Below, in pieces: positions 9,169 through 19,573 of a stretch of DNA of 64,000 bases (its first letter is position 1; each line of letters opens with the position of its first letter). The position numbers and the translations under genes were made by a program. Location: the IMG/VR virus record IMGVR_UViG_3300021256_000108; one strand, 5' to 3'. Source of the DNA: an uncultured virus (IMG/VR IMGVR_UViG_3300021256_000108) (taxonomy: Duplodnaviria; Heunggongvirae; Uroviricota; Caudoviricetes). The notes beneath the pieces are model-generated. The model ran no database searches and was not told the DNA's origin. It was given only the letters and a program-made list of their open reading frames with translations.

Positions 9169-9839
9169 ATATACAGGGTTTTAGTGTCAAGTGTGGTTAA
9201 CGGATATTAACCACAGTTACAATTTATACACTTAAATGGAATAATTATTAATACAGTTGACAAATGACGATTGAGCAAGGCACGCGGCTATTGATGGGAA
9301 ATTTTGCGGGGAAAATGGGCGGCAGAAAAAGCACGCCCTCCCCGCCCAAAAAAGAACCGAAAGAAAAAAAATCGGCGGCTAACAAGCCCCCCGAAATATT
9401 TTCATTTTAAACCTTCACAACCCAAACTCTTATGAAGCCGCATAGGGGAAGGAGGTCTATATAATATATATAATATATAATATAAATATAAATACAGAAA
9501 TAATACTAGAATATCCCTTAGTTATTTTATATAATATATAAATATTAAATACCAGAAACGGAAAAGAAATATTTCTATAGTAGTAATATATATAGCTTAT
9601 AGTAATAATATATTATATATATCTCTATAGAAGGATAGGGGGTATGGGGGGAAGGGAGGTATAATTCACCCCATGTCTTGTCTTTCCTCTTAGGGAGAAA
9701 ACCCAAAACACGGAGTGTCTAAAGTAATCTACTTTTGGGAGGGGGCGTTAGCCCTTGAAACATAAGGGTTTGAGGGGGAAAATGCCTATGCAATATATTG
9801 CAGACCTGTTAAACAGGAGTCTTTGTGGAATAGACAAAA

Positions 9840-10373
9840 ATGGATAGTGAGAACAAAGAAAATAAAAATGTCAATACTCTGGGCGAATTTTTAGCAGGAA
9901 CACGGAAATCTACGGAAATGATAGTGGAGCGAGAGGATTTAGGAGGTTGGACGCTTCTTCATTTCATCAACAAGGACACGGGAAAAGAATTTCACCGTCA
10001 ATGGGTAAGGAAAAGCAGGGTCTTTTCTGATGAAATACCAAAGGGGGAATATACAGGAGGTGCAGAACCTTATGTAATGCTCTTTTACCGTAGAATTGAA
10101 AAGGTTTTTAAGGGGGACTATAAGGGGCATAAGCTAATCCAATTAGGGGCTTTGAATGTTCTTAGTTCGTTTGTTCAAATGAACACGGGTAAGCTGATTA
10201 ACAAGAGAACGAAACAGCCCCTAAAACAGAAGGATATTGCAAAGGCTTTGGGGGTTTCTGTACGGACAACGGCAGAAATATTATCTAACCTCAAAGAAAA
10301 TGGATTTCTTGAACGAAAAGAGGGAGCGTATTTCATAAAGCGGCACTTCATAGCGAAAGGGAGAGGGCTATAA
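9840..10373 (+). CDS. Winged-helix HTH protein, RepL/Crp-like
   Basis: LKQKDIAKALGVSVRTTAEILSNLKENGFL HTH motif. Confidence 0.65.
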   Translation: MDSENKENKNVNTLGEFLAGTRKSTEMIVEREDLGGWTLLHFINKDTGKEFHRQWVRKSRVFSDEIPKGEYTGGAEPYVMLFYRRIEKVFKGDYKGHKLIQLGALNVLSSFVQMNTGKLINKRTKQPLKQKDIAKALGVSVRTTAEILSNLKENGFLERKEGAYFIKRHFIAKGRGL

Positions 10374-10903
10374 TGCGGTATCATTACACGGATGGCGAAT
10401 TAAAAACGCTTCTGGGTAGTATGGTTATTTTGGTGGACACTAGGGAGCAAGAGAACGGACACATTCTTAGCTATTTTGAGCAAAAGAAAATCCCGTATGA
10501 GTCGAAAAAATTAAATTTTGGCGATTACTCTGTCAAAGTTCCGAAAAATGAAAAATTAGGGCTGAATCGTGACATTTTCTTTGATGATTCTGTAGTGGTG
10601 GAACGGAAAGGGTCACTCACAGAGTTAGCAGGAAATCTTACGGTAGGAAGGAAACGCTTTGAGAACGAATTGTTGCGTTCTAAGGGCGTAAACATTGCAT
10701 TAATCATAGAAAATGCAAGCTATACTGATTTGGTAATGGGTCGGTATAGGTCAGACCTAAACGCAAAGTCTTTTCTTGCTTCACTCAATACTTTTTCAGC
10801 AAGATACGGGCTTGATGTGAACTTTGCAGATAAGGATTTTGCAGGGAATTGGATTTATCACCGACTCTATTATGCGGTGCGGGAGGAATTGTTGCATGGG
10901 TAG
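10373..10903 (+). CDS. ERCC4/XPF-domain nuclease
   Basis: VDTREQ...GDY...VVERK motifs. Confidence 0.85.
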   Translation: MRYHYTDGELKTLLGSMVILVDTREQENGHILSYFEQKKIPYESKKLNFGDYSVKVPKNEKLGLNRDIFFDDSVVVERKGSLTELAGNLTVGRKRFENELLRSKGVNIALIIENASYTDLVMGRYRSDLNAKSFLASLNTFSARYGLDVNFADKDFAGNWIYHRLYYAVREELLHG

Positions 10904-12869
10904 ACCAAAGAAAGAGAAAACCCCAGAGGAAGAAGCACCCAGAAAGAGGGGTAGACCCCGTACCCCCCGTAAGAATGTGACATACAAGGTTTGTAGGGAG
11001 TGTCAGAAGGTCAAACCTGCAAGCGAATTTTATGTGCGGAAGGAAAATAAGGACGGACTCTTTCATAGCTGTAAAGAGTGTATGGACAAGCGCACGAACC
11101 GCAATAATCACAAGAAACAGGCTGAAAGGCGGCGAGAAAAATTGATTGAACAGGGAGCGACTAAGGTCTGTACAAAATGCGGTCAAGAGAAATCTGTAGA
11201 GGATTTTGGGAAAAATAGCAAGAAAAAGGACGGACTATCTGATATTTGCAAGCATTGTGTAACAGCGGCGGCACAAGCTACACGGCAGAAGAAGTTGGAA
11301 CGGCAGGAACAGGAACGCTTATACCTCTTAGAAAGGGAAATGACCTTACGGAAGGGGCGGCAAAACTTCTTCAACTTCTGTCAGATACTTGCCCCGCAGT
11401 TCTATAAGCCTACACGGTGGCACTTATGGCTCTTGTGTAACACACTACAGGCACTTTATGAGCGTCACCTGACGAAAAAATATTTCTACGCTCTTTGCAC
11501 AATGCCGCATATTCCTAAATGGCTTGCGGAAAAGGTGATTGATTGGGACAGATTACGGGATAACCATGTTTACACCAAAATTATGATTAATATGCCACCA
11601 CGTAGCGGGAAATCTCGTTCCCTTACTATGTTTGAGCAATGGCTTTTAGGCAAAAGCAGAGAAAATCGTATAATCACGGTATCTTACAATAACGATTTAG
11701 CTTCTGATATGTCCAGATACGTGCGTGATGGTATTATGCAACAGAAAAATATACCTACGGAAATTGTTTTCTCAGATTTTTTCCCTGACTGTAAGATTTC
11801 AAAAGGCAATGCAGGATTTATGAAATGGGCTTTGGAAGGTTCGTTTTTTAATTATATGGGGGCGGGCATGGAAGGTAGTTTGACTGGTTCTGGTGGTAAC
11901 TGCCTAATATGCGATGACCTAATTAAGAACGCTAAGGAAGCATACAATGAGCGTGTACTTGATGGGATATGGAATTGGTATGTAGGAACATTTTTATCAC
12001 GCGCTGAACACACAGGAGAAGGCTCGATACAGATAATTAATTTTACTCGTTGGAGTACGCAAGACCTATGTGGAAGAATCCTTGAAAATCCTGCTATGTC
12101 AGAGGATTGGATTAATCTTATTATCCCTGTAGAACATGATAAGGAACTTTATTGCGAAGAAATCCTGCCAAGAGACGAATTTGAACGGCTTAGAGAGGGC
12201 ATGGACACGAACATTTTTGAAGCGAACTACTATCAGAAGCCGCTTGATGTGGAAGGTAGGTTGTTCTCTGACCTTAAAACGTATGAAACGCTTCCAGAGG
12301 GTACGGAAAAGTGCATTGCATATTGTGATACGGCTGATGAAGGTTCAGACTATCTAGCGTGCGTTGTGGGCGTTATAAAGGACGGTGAAGGGTTTATCAC
12401 CGACATTTACTATACACAGGAAAAAATGCAGATTACCGAACCTGCAACGGCAGACCTTCTTGTTAGAAACAAGGTGAACAGCGCAAAGATAGAGTCGAAT
12501 AACGGCGGTAAAGGTTTTGCGAGAAATGTGGAACGGCTGATATGGGAGAATTACCACACTAAACAGGTAAATATTGAGTGGTTTCACCAATCAGAAAATA
12601 AGATGGCGCGTATTCTCACAGGGGCAACATTTATCCAAAATCATGTATATTTCCCAGAAAAATGGGATAAGAAATATCCAGAATTTTACAAGGCGGTTAT
12701 GGGATTTTCTAAGGACGGGAAAAATAAGCATGATGATGGTGTAGAAGCCCTTGTAGAGTGGGGAAAAATGATAACAGGTGACGGCTCTATCAATTCTTAT
12801 TTAGAGTTTATGAAGAAAATGCAAGGCTGTAAGGCAAATAGGGATATGTCGTGGGAAAACAAGTTATGA
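10896..12869 (+). CDS. terL: Terminase large subunit with N-terminal AT-hook/Zn-ribbon extension
   Basis: Walker A MPPRSGKS, Walker B LICDD, nuclease DTADEGSDY and KHDD; GGGAGG RBS before MGRPKK at 10896. Confidence 0.93.
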   Translation: MGRPKKEKTPEEEAPRKRGRPRTPRKNVTYKVCRECQKVKPASEFYVRKENKDGLFHSCKECMDKRTNRNNHKKQAERRREKLIEQGATKVCTKCGQEKSVEDFGKNSKKKDGLSDICKHCVTAAAQATRQKKLERQEQERLYLLEREMTLRKGRQNFFNFCQILAPQFYKPTRWHLWLLCNTLQALYERHLTKKYFYALCTMPHIPKWLAEKVIDWDRLRDNHVYTKIMINMPPRSGKSRSLTMFEQWLLGKSRENRIITVSYNNDLASDMSRYVRDGIMQQKNIPTEIVFSDFFPDCKISKGNAGFMKWALEGSFFNYMGAGMEGSLTGSGGNCLICDDLIKNAKEAYNERVLDGIWNWYVGTFLSRAEHTGEGSIQIINFTRWSTQDLCGRILENPAMSEDWINLIIPVEHDKELYCEEILPRDEFERLREGMDTNIFEANYYQKPLDVEGRLFSDLKTYETLPEGTEKCIAYCDTADEGSDYLACVVGVIKDGEGFITDIYYTQEKMQITEPATADLLVRNKVNSAKIESNNGGKGFARNVERLIWENYHTKQVNIEWFHQSENKMARILTGATFIQNHVYFPEKWDKKYPEFYKAVMGFSKDGKNKHDDGVEALVEWGKMITGDGSINSYLEFMKKMQGCKANRDMSWENKL

Positions 12870-12891
12870 AGAAAATACAGGGGGTAAGAAG

Positions 12892-13158
12892 ATGAAAAAA
12901 AGTGTATGGGCAACAACAATACAGGAAATTTATAAATGTCAACCAAAGAAAAATATAAAAGTGACCGCAATACATTCTTTGCTTGATTACACCAACGTAG
13001 CAAAATTTGATTGCAATGAAATATACGAATATGTTTATGATGAAGATAATGAAAAGTATTGGGTAGAATATGAAGGGCATAAATATTGTTTCCCATTTTC
13101 TAAAAAAGAATTTAACGAATTTTTCTTAGAAGTTGCGGAGGTAGTTGAAGATGAATGA
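12892..13158 (+). CDS. Hypothetical protein
   Basis: ORF with RBS. Confidence 0.6.
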   Translation: MKKSVWATTIQEIYKCQPKKNIKVTAIHSLLDYTNVAKFDCNEIYEYVYDEDNEKYWVEYEGHKYCFPFSKKEFNEFFLEVAEVVEDE

Positions 13159-13348
13159 TAAGGACTTAGAGAAAGAAGAATTTATAAATATGATTGCAAA
13201 GCAAATTGTGTTTTGGAGCATTTCTGCATTGCTATATTTTGCGGTTATCCGTGAATCTATTGTGGCATGGTGGATTATCGGTTCTTTGGTTGTTATGAAA
13301 GTTTATTCGGTGTGGAAAAAGGATTTTAACAATGATAAAGATAACTGA
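13145..13348 (+). CDS. Small membrane protein
   Basis: Two hydrophobic stretches. Confidence 0.55.
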   Translation: MKMNDKDLEKEEFINMIAKQIVFWSISALLYFAVIRESIVAWWIIGSLVVMKVYSVWKKDFNNDKDN

Positions 13349-13814
13349 TGTGCGAAGTCAAAACAGAAAAACCCTTTATGAAATCTTACACCTTGACGAT
13401 TTACGGCAAGAATATGCAAACGCGATTAACAATATGTCATATCTGGGAGCGCAGAACATTGACGGTATGCCGCATGGTACAGGCATAGGCAATCCAACAC
13501 AGCAGAAAGCTATGAAATTAGCTGACATTGAAGCAAAAAAGAATTGGATTATGGCTATTGAGCAGATGGAAAGCACACTCAATGAGAAACAAATGGCATT
13601 TTTAACTATTCGCCGTAAAGCTGAAAAAGAGGTTTTCCCTACAGGCGGTAGACCTTCATGGAAAGCCTATACGCAAGCCCATTATAATGATTGGTACTAT
13701 GAAAGATTCGGGACATATATCTCCATTAGTGAGGAAACATTGAAGATATGGCAATCAAAAATCGTAGATAAGACCGTCCGTTTGGCGATTTATTACGGGT
13801 GCTTTTCTGTGTAA
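13332..13814 (+). CDS. Putative late transcriptional regulator (RinA/ArpU-like)
   Basis: DGMPHGTGIGNPTQQKA motif; directly before the head operon. Confidence 0.65.
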   Translation: MIKITDVRSQNRKTLYEILHLDDLRQEYANAINNMSYLGAQNIDGMPHGTGIGNPTQQKAMKLADIEAKKNWIMAIEQMESTLNEKQMAFLTIRRKAEKEVFPTGGRPSWKAYTQAHYNDWYYERFGTYISISEETLKIWQSKIVDKTVRLAIYYGCFSV

Positions 13815-13886
13815 AAAAATGTTTTAGGTAACACAAAAGTCGTAATGTTATGTGATATATTAGTAGCATAGGAAATTGGGATATAT

Positions 13887-13920
13887 CAAAAGACGCATTG
13901 CTTATGTGGTGCGTCTTTTG
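13887..13920 (+). promoter_or_regulatory. Hairpin in the leader of the head operon
   Basis: CAAAAGACGCA...TGCGTCTTTTG inverted repeat. Confidence 0.6.
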
Positions 13921-13953
13921 CTTTGGAATAACAAGCGGAAAGGAGGAAAAATA

Positions 13954-16446
13954 ATGGGATTTGTTGACAGTATGCTAAAATATGCTATTGCCAATACTAT
14001 TTCATTAGCTGATAAAGCGAAAACATTAACCGCCATACAAAATGCTAATGTTAGCGGTAACAATACCGTTTATAATGACGGTGGACAATACAGCCCTTCT
14101 AATCCGCTACCGCCGCAGAATCAAGGTGTAAATCCGTGGCAATATCAGTTTCAAGTTGGTAGTAACCTTGTTATCACGCCCAGAACGGAAAGAGAAGGAG
14201 CGTTATTGCCCTTCAAGGTTTTGCGTGATGTTGCCGCTAACCATGATATTACCGCACTTTGCATTAAAATGATGATAGACCAAGTATGCGGGGATGAATG
14301 GGATATTGTTGTTGCAGATAAGAATGACCGTGAACACTATGAGAACGATATTAAGGCGGTAAAGAAGTTCTTTGCACGCCCTGATAAAGTGCACTTGTTT
14401 AACGATTGGTTGAAGCCGATTCTTTACGATACGTTATCTATTGACGCGGCGTGTATGTTTAAACGCAGGACGCGGGGAGGTAAACTGTATTCGCTAGAAT
14501 ATGTTGACGGTTCAACAATTAAGCCGTTAATTGATTGTTACGGACGTACCCCGTTACCACCTTACGCGGCGTATCAGCAGATTGTATATGGCTATCCGTA
14601 TGGTTCTTCTGAAAATGCTGAAACAAAGACTTTGGGTTTTACTACGGAGGAAATTTCTTATCGTCCTAGATACCCGCGTTCTTTTTCACGTTATGGCACT
14701 TCACCGATTGAAAATATTTTGATGAAGATTAATATTGCCTTACGGCGTGATACTGTAAATCTTGCTTATTATACGGACGGAACTACCCCAGATGGCGGGA
14801 TATTCACTTTTGATAAAGAGGATATGACCCCAGACCAGATTGAACAGTTTGCAACCCTCTATAATGACATTATGGCGGGGCGTTTAAAAGAACGCATGAA
14901 ACTGAAATTCCTCCCAAAAGGCAAATATACAGCAACAAAAGAACACAAATTTGATGTGCAATATGATGAATGGATTGCACGAATTGTTGCTATCGCTTTC
15001 GGTGTGAATCCGCAACAATTCATAATGATGATGAATCGAAGCACAGGTCAGCTTCAAGACGAGCAACAGACTGAATTAGGTCTTGCTCCACTTGAAAATT
15101 TCCTTGACGAATGGTTCACAGACATTATTCAGAATGATTTGGGCTATCCTCATTTGAAATTCTCCTATATCGGTGAAAAACGTGAGGACGCGGCAATGTC
15201 CATTAAGCGTGATGTGGAATTTGTGCAAAGTGGTATTCTTACCATTGATGAAGTTCGTAGTCAGCGCGGTATGCCACCAATTACAGGCATGGAAGATGGT
15301 ACGCCACCTATGTTGAAATTGGGCAATGATGTAGTTCTTCTTACAGAAGAATATATTAAGGCTAAAACGCAAGCACAGATTGAAGCATTGCAATACGGAA
15401 ATGTCCAAGCGGGTAATCAATCCGATTTAGAAAATAAAATCCGTGAAGCAAGACGCTCTGAAACGCCCCAGAATGACGCAGAAGGGGCTAGTGACCCTAA
15501 AAAGGACGAAAACCCCGCAGAGGATAAAAAAGACGCACAGAAAGCCCTACAGGACGAAATGAGGGACTTTCGTAAGTACGTTCTGAATCGTCTAAAAAAA
15601 AAGAGTCGCGGCAAGCGAAAGTTTGAAACAGAAGTAATACCTATTGAAATTAGGGATTCCATCTATGAAAAACTTGAAAAAGTTGATAATATCGCTGATG
15701 TTGACGATATTTTTGATTCGGCGTTGTGGGAATTGCAAGTAGAAGAAGCAAAGAAGCAATGCGAAGAAGAAATACAGGCTGTATTTGACGATATAGCGCA
15801 AGAAATCATTGATAATCTTGATAATCTTGACGAAGAAGATTTGAATACGCAAGGAAGTGCGAAAAAATACTTACTTTTGCTTATTCTCTTAGGTGAAATG
15901 GATTATCGCAAGAAAATTGATGATGTGATGGGCGGTGTTCTTGCCAACTATGCGAATGTTGCAATGGAACAAGCCGTAAGCGAAATTCGTAAAATCGGTG
16001 GTAAAGTCACTAAAGCACAGCGAAAAATTATCACGGAAGAATACATAAGCAAGCGCATGGATTTCTTAAACAAGGAATTGAACCGTGTTACAGAAGAAAA
16101 ACTAGGCGATATGTTTATGCAAGCCCAAACGATTGATGAAATCAAAAAGGGCTTAGAAAGTAATTATGCTTTATCTAAAAATAGGTCAAAGATAATTGCG
16201 AATACTGAATTTCACGCTTTACAAAATGAAGTTGTGATTAATCTGGCTGAAAAAACCAAAGAGGTAGAAGCTGTCTTTGTAACAGATGGCGTAAAGTTTG
16301 ACGAAGCGTGTGCAGAAGCCAACGGCTCTGTTTGGAGTTTGCAACACGCTAAAGAAAACCCGTTGGAACACCCTAATTGTATTCGACAATTCCATCTTGT
16401 AGGGAAGGAATTTATTGAAGCATGGGGCGGCATTGATGAAGAATAA
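13954..16446 (+). CDS. Portal protein fused to a minor head (SPP1 gp7/Mu gpF-like) domain
   Basis: Portal-like N-terminal ~480 aa (YGTSPIE, IAFGVNP, GILTIDEVR); C-terminal RSKIIANTE...EHPNCIR; AGGAGG RBS before 13954. Confidence 0.85.
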   Translation: MGFVDSMLKYAIANTISLADKAKTLTAIQNANVSGNNTVYNDGGQYSPSNPLPPQNQGVNPWQYQFQVGSNLVITPRTEREGALLPFKVLRDVAANHDITALCIKMMIDQVCGDEWDIVVADKNDREHYENDIKAVKKFFARPDKVHLFNDWLKPILYDTLSIDAACMFKRRTRGGKLYSLEYVDGSTIKPLIDCYGRTPLPPYAAYQQIVYGYPYGSSENAETKTLGFTTEEISYRPRYPRSFSRYGTSPIENILMKINIALRRDTVNLAYYTDGTTPDGGIFTFDKEDMTPDQIEQFATLYNDIMAGRLKERMKLKFLPKGKYTATKEHKFDVQYDEWIARIVAIAFGVNPQQFIMMMNRSTGQLQDEQQTELGLAPLENFLDEWFTDIIQNDLGYPHLKFSYIGEKREDAAMSIKRDVEFVQSGILTIDEVRSQRGMPPITGMEDGTPPMLKLGNDVVLLTEEYIKAKTQAQIEALQYGNVQAGNQSDLENKIREARRSETPQNDAEGASDPKKDENPAEDKKDAQKALQDEMRDFRKYVLNRLKKKSRGKRKFETEVIPIEIRDSIYEKLEKVDNIADVDDIFDSALWELQVEEAKKQCEEEIQAVFDDIAQEIIDNLDNLDEEDLNTQGSAKKYLLLLILLGEMDYRKKIDDVMGGVLANYANVAMEQAVSEIRKIGGKVTKAQRKIITEEYISKRMDFLNKELNRVTEEKLGDMFMQAQTIDEIKKGLESNYALSKNRSKIIANTEFHALQNEVVINLAEKTKEVEAVFVTDGVKFDEACAEANGSVWSLQHAKENPLEHPNCIRQFHLVGKEFIEAWGGIDEE

Positions 16447-16463
16447 AGAAAGGTGGTGAAATT

Positions 16464-18041
16464 ATGGGCTTTAATATGAATATTCCTCTTTTTAAGATTG
16501 ATGAAGAACAAAAGTTAGTCTACGGACGCGCAACGCAAGAAGTTCTTGATAAAGCGAATGAAATTATGGACTATGAAAGTTCTAAACCAATGTTTGAAAA
16601 GTGGAGTAATGATTTTGCCACCAGAACAAACGGGAAATCTTACGGAAATGTGAGAATACAGCATGACAGTAAACGTGTTGGCGGCAAAGTTGCAGAACCC
16701 CTTGTTTTTAACGACAATGATAAGGCTATTGATATTTGCGTAAAAGTCAATGACGATAACCTCTTTTCACAGATTAAAGATGGTATGTACACGGGCTTTT
16801 CCGTAGGCGGTAGCTATGGTAAACAATGGACAGATGATGATGGTATTCTTCACTATACGGCTATTCCTAGTGAGATTAGCATTGTTGATAATCCTTGTGT
16901 CGGCACAGCTACAATAATGTATGTTAAGGCTGACGGTACAACCGAAAATCTTACGTTAGGAGGGAAGAAAAAAATGGACAAAAATGAATTTTTGAAAGCC
17001 TTGTCTGATGGTGATTTGAAAAAGGCTTTTTCGTTTAGTGATATTTGTTCCAAAGTGCGTACCGCTATTTTTGAAAAGAAACGCGGTAGTTATGAATATT
17101 TCTGGGTAGAAGAAGTCTACGCAGATTGCGCGATTATTCGTATGGAAGATTCGGCTGATTATTACCGTATTCCGTATACCCTTGATGAAAGTGGTGAGGT
17201 TACGTTAGGTGAAGCCGAAAAAGTGGTAATGGAATGGAAATCCGTTACTGAAAAAACGGCAGAAAAAGCCGCTGAAAATGATGATTTGGCAAAGGCAGAA
17301 GGTGAAGAAATGAAAACTGAACCAGAAGTTAAAGAAGAAACCAAAACGGAAGAAACGGTAGAAAAAACCGTAGAAACGGAAAAGGCAGAACCCGCCGAAG
17401 AAGTAACTAAGGCTGACGAACCTAAAGAAGAAAAGAAGGAAGAAGAAAAACCTTCTGATGATAAGGGTGAAGAAGTCGAAAAAGCAGATAAGGCAGAAAA
17501 AGTTGATTCTTTTGCGGCTTGCATGAAAGCCCTTGATGGGGAACTTGACGATAAAAGCAAGGAATCCTGCTCTAAACTTTTCCACAAAATGATTGAAAAG
17601 GGTCTGAATTGTGCGTGTGAAAAATGCGCTAAAGCGGTTGAAGGTGAAAAGGCTGAAAAAGCTACCACCGACACCGATTTAAATAAAACTGTAGAAACCA
17701 AAGAACCTATGCAGAAGTTTGTTTCCGCAGAGGAACTTGCAAAAGCAATGAAAGTTGTTGAGGATTTGCAGAAGGGCTATGACGCTCTTAAAACCGACAA
17801 TGACGCATTGAAAAAGCAGGTTGAGAAGTTGGAAAATGAACCTATTGCGGGCGGCGCAATGGTCGCTACAGGTACAATGGCTCTGGATAAAACTATTGGC
17901 GGTAATGTTGGTAATGTTCCTGCCGATAATAGCAGGGCTGATGTGTTGAAGAAAATGATTTCTGAAACTGATTCTGCTATGCTGAAAGAAGCATATAGCA
18001 AAGAATTGGCACAGTTGGAAATGAAGAAAGTATTTGGTTAA
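16464..18041 (+). CDS. Prohead protease (XkdF-like) fused to scaffold
   Basis: KIDEEQKLVYG...YTGFSVGG...EISIVDNP, then E/K-rich coiled coil. Confidence 0.8.
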   Translation: MGFNMNIPLFKIDEEQKLVYGRATQEVLDKANEIMDYESSKPMFEKWSNDFATRTNGKSYGNVRIQHDSKRVGGKVAEPLVFNDNDKAIDICVKVNDDNLFSQIKDGMYTGFSVGGSYGKQWTDDDGILHYTAIPSEISIVDNPCVGTATIMYVKADGTTENLTLGGKKKMDKNEFLKALSDGDLKKAFSFSDICSKVRTAIFEKKRGSYEYFWVEEVYADCAIIRMEDSADYYRIPYTLDESGEVTLGEAEKVVMEWKSVTEKTAEKAAENDDLAKAEGEEMKTEPEVKEETKTEETVEKTVETEKAEPAEEVTKADEPKEEKKEEEKPSDDKGEEVEKADKAEKVDSFAACMKALDGELDDKSKESCSKLFHKMIEKGLNCACEKCAKAVEGEKAEKATTDTDLNKTVETKEPMQKFVSAEELAKAMKVVEDLQKGYDALKTDNDALKKQVEKLENEPIAGGAMVATGTMALDKTIGGNVGNVPADNSRADVLKKMISETDSAMLKEAYSKELAQLEMKKVFG

Positions 18042-18058
18042 TAAAGGAGTGACAAAAA

Positions 18059-19504
18059 ATGTCAATGATGGAAACTACGCAGGAATCTCTGACGAAAACC
18101 GTTGAAGGTGTAAAGGATTCCACTAAACTTGAAAAGGCTATTGATACGGGCGCGGGCTTGATGGGGTATAACCTTGAAGCACCTGCAAAACAGCTTGTTC
18201 CGTTTGCTTCTCCCCTCCGTAACATTATCCCGCGTAAAACCTCTAAGACGGGTACGAGCGTACATTGGAAAGCAATTACTGATGTAGCCGCCGCAGGCAA
18301 GGCAACCGCTATTGAAGGTGTACGCGGTAACGGTATGCGGTATAGCGTTGCAGATAAACTTGCCGCATTTAAGATTATTGGTCTGCAAGACGCTGTTACG
18401 TTTGAAGCAGAAGCCGCAGGTCGCAACTTCCAAGATGTAAAGGCAACGGCTGTTACAAACCTCCTGCTCCGTGTAATGACGGAAGAAGAAAAAATCATTC
18501 TGGGTGGTAATACTACGGCACTTCCCGCTGTAGCAACTCCTGTTGCAACTACCGCCACCGTTCCCAATTCCACCATTACAGCAGGTTCTTACAACGTAAA
18601 AGTAGCGGCTTTGACTTTGGTTGCCGCGAACCGCGTTGTAACTAACGCACAGTTGCCGAACCTTACGGGTTTGAATATCCCTGCAACGGACGCAAACAAT
18701 CAGGCTATCACGGGTGCTTATGATGGTGTAACCGCCGCTTCTACCGCCGCTAGTGTTACGGTTACGGCAGGTGATGGCATTTCTGCTACTGTAACGCCCG
18801 TCAAAGGTGCTCTTGCTTACGCATGGTTCGTAGGTGCGGCAGGTAGCGAAACCTTGCAGATTGTTACCACCAATAGCGCAATGACTATTGATAAGTTGGT
18901 AACGGGCGGTTCTTCTGCTCCTACGGCTGATGGTTCGGCTGACCCGTTGGCATTTGACGGTATTATCCCGCAGATTCTTAACGGTGGCGGTTTGTTCTAC
19001 GATATGGCAAACCAACAGTTGACGGCAAGTGCAGGTGGTATTGAAGTTCTGGACGAAATCAATAGCCGTCTGTTTAACGAGTTCAAAAACGGTGCTACCC
19101 GTTATTTGGTATCTGAACAGCTTGCAAAGGACATTACCTCTGCAATCGTGAAGAATAACGGTGCTCCGACTCTGTTTGTGAATAACACCGAAAAGAACGA
19201 CATTACGGGTAACTATATGGTTCGCCGTTATGTTAATAAGTCTTTCGGCGGCGAAAATATCAGCATTGAAGTACATCCGTGGTTGCCGAATGGTACTATG
19301 GTTGTTATGTGCGACAATGTGCCGTACCCCAACGCAAACATTTCCTCCGTTTTGGAAATGGAGTGCGGTTACGATTACAGACAGCTTGAATACGCAAGAA
19401 CTTCTCCGAAGTATGAATTTGAGGTTCGTACCTATGAAGCCCTCAAACATTACTTCCCCGCTTGCCAAGCTATCATTACGAATGTCAAGACGGGCATTGC
19501 CTAA
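18059..19504 (+). CDS. Major capsid protein
   Basis: Follows the scaffold gene; 481 aa; highly biased codons; downstream terminator. Confidence 0.85.
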   Translation: MSMMETTQESLTKTVEGVKDSTKLEKAIDTGAGLMGYNLEAPAKQLVPFASPLRNIIPRKTSKTGTSVHWKAITDVAAAGKATAIEGVRGNGMRYSVADKLAAFKIIGLQDAVTFEAEAAGRNFQDVKATAVTNLLLRVMTEEEKIILGGNTTALPAVATPVATTATVPNSTITAGSYNVKVAALTLVAANRVVTNAQLPNLTGLNIPATDANNQAITGAYDGVTAASTAASVTVTAGDGISATVTPVKGALAYAWFVGAAGSETLQIVTTNSAMTIDKLVTGGSSAPTADGSADPLAFDGIIPQILNGGGLFYDMANQQLTASAGGIEVLDEINSRLFNEFKNGATRYLVSEQLAKDITSAIVKNNGAPTLFVNNTEKNDITGNYMVRRYVNKSFGGENISIEVHPWLPNGTMVVMCDNVPYPNANISSVLEMECGYDYRQLEYARTSPKYEFEVRTYEALKHYFPACQAIITNVKTGIA

Positions 19505-19523
19505 TAGCATAGCATAAGACTCT

Positions 19524-19550
19524 GGGGCGGTTTATACCGCCCCTTTATCT
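19524..19550 (+). terminator. Terminator after the capsid gene
   Basis: GGGGCGGT-TTAT-ACCGCCCC then TTTATCT. Confidence 0.7.
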
Positions 19551-19573
19551 TAGGCAAAAAGGAGGGGTGTATA

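Noticed and set aside
18062..19510. 482-aa minus-strand ORF (and similar ones at 21591-22511 and 25543-26313)
   Set aside because: Antisense shadows of strongly codon-biased structural genes; no RBS or recognisable motifs
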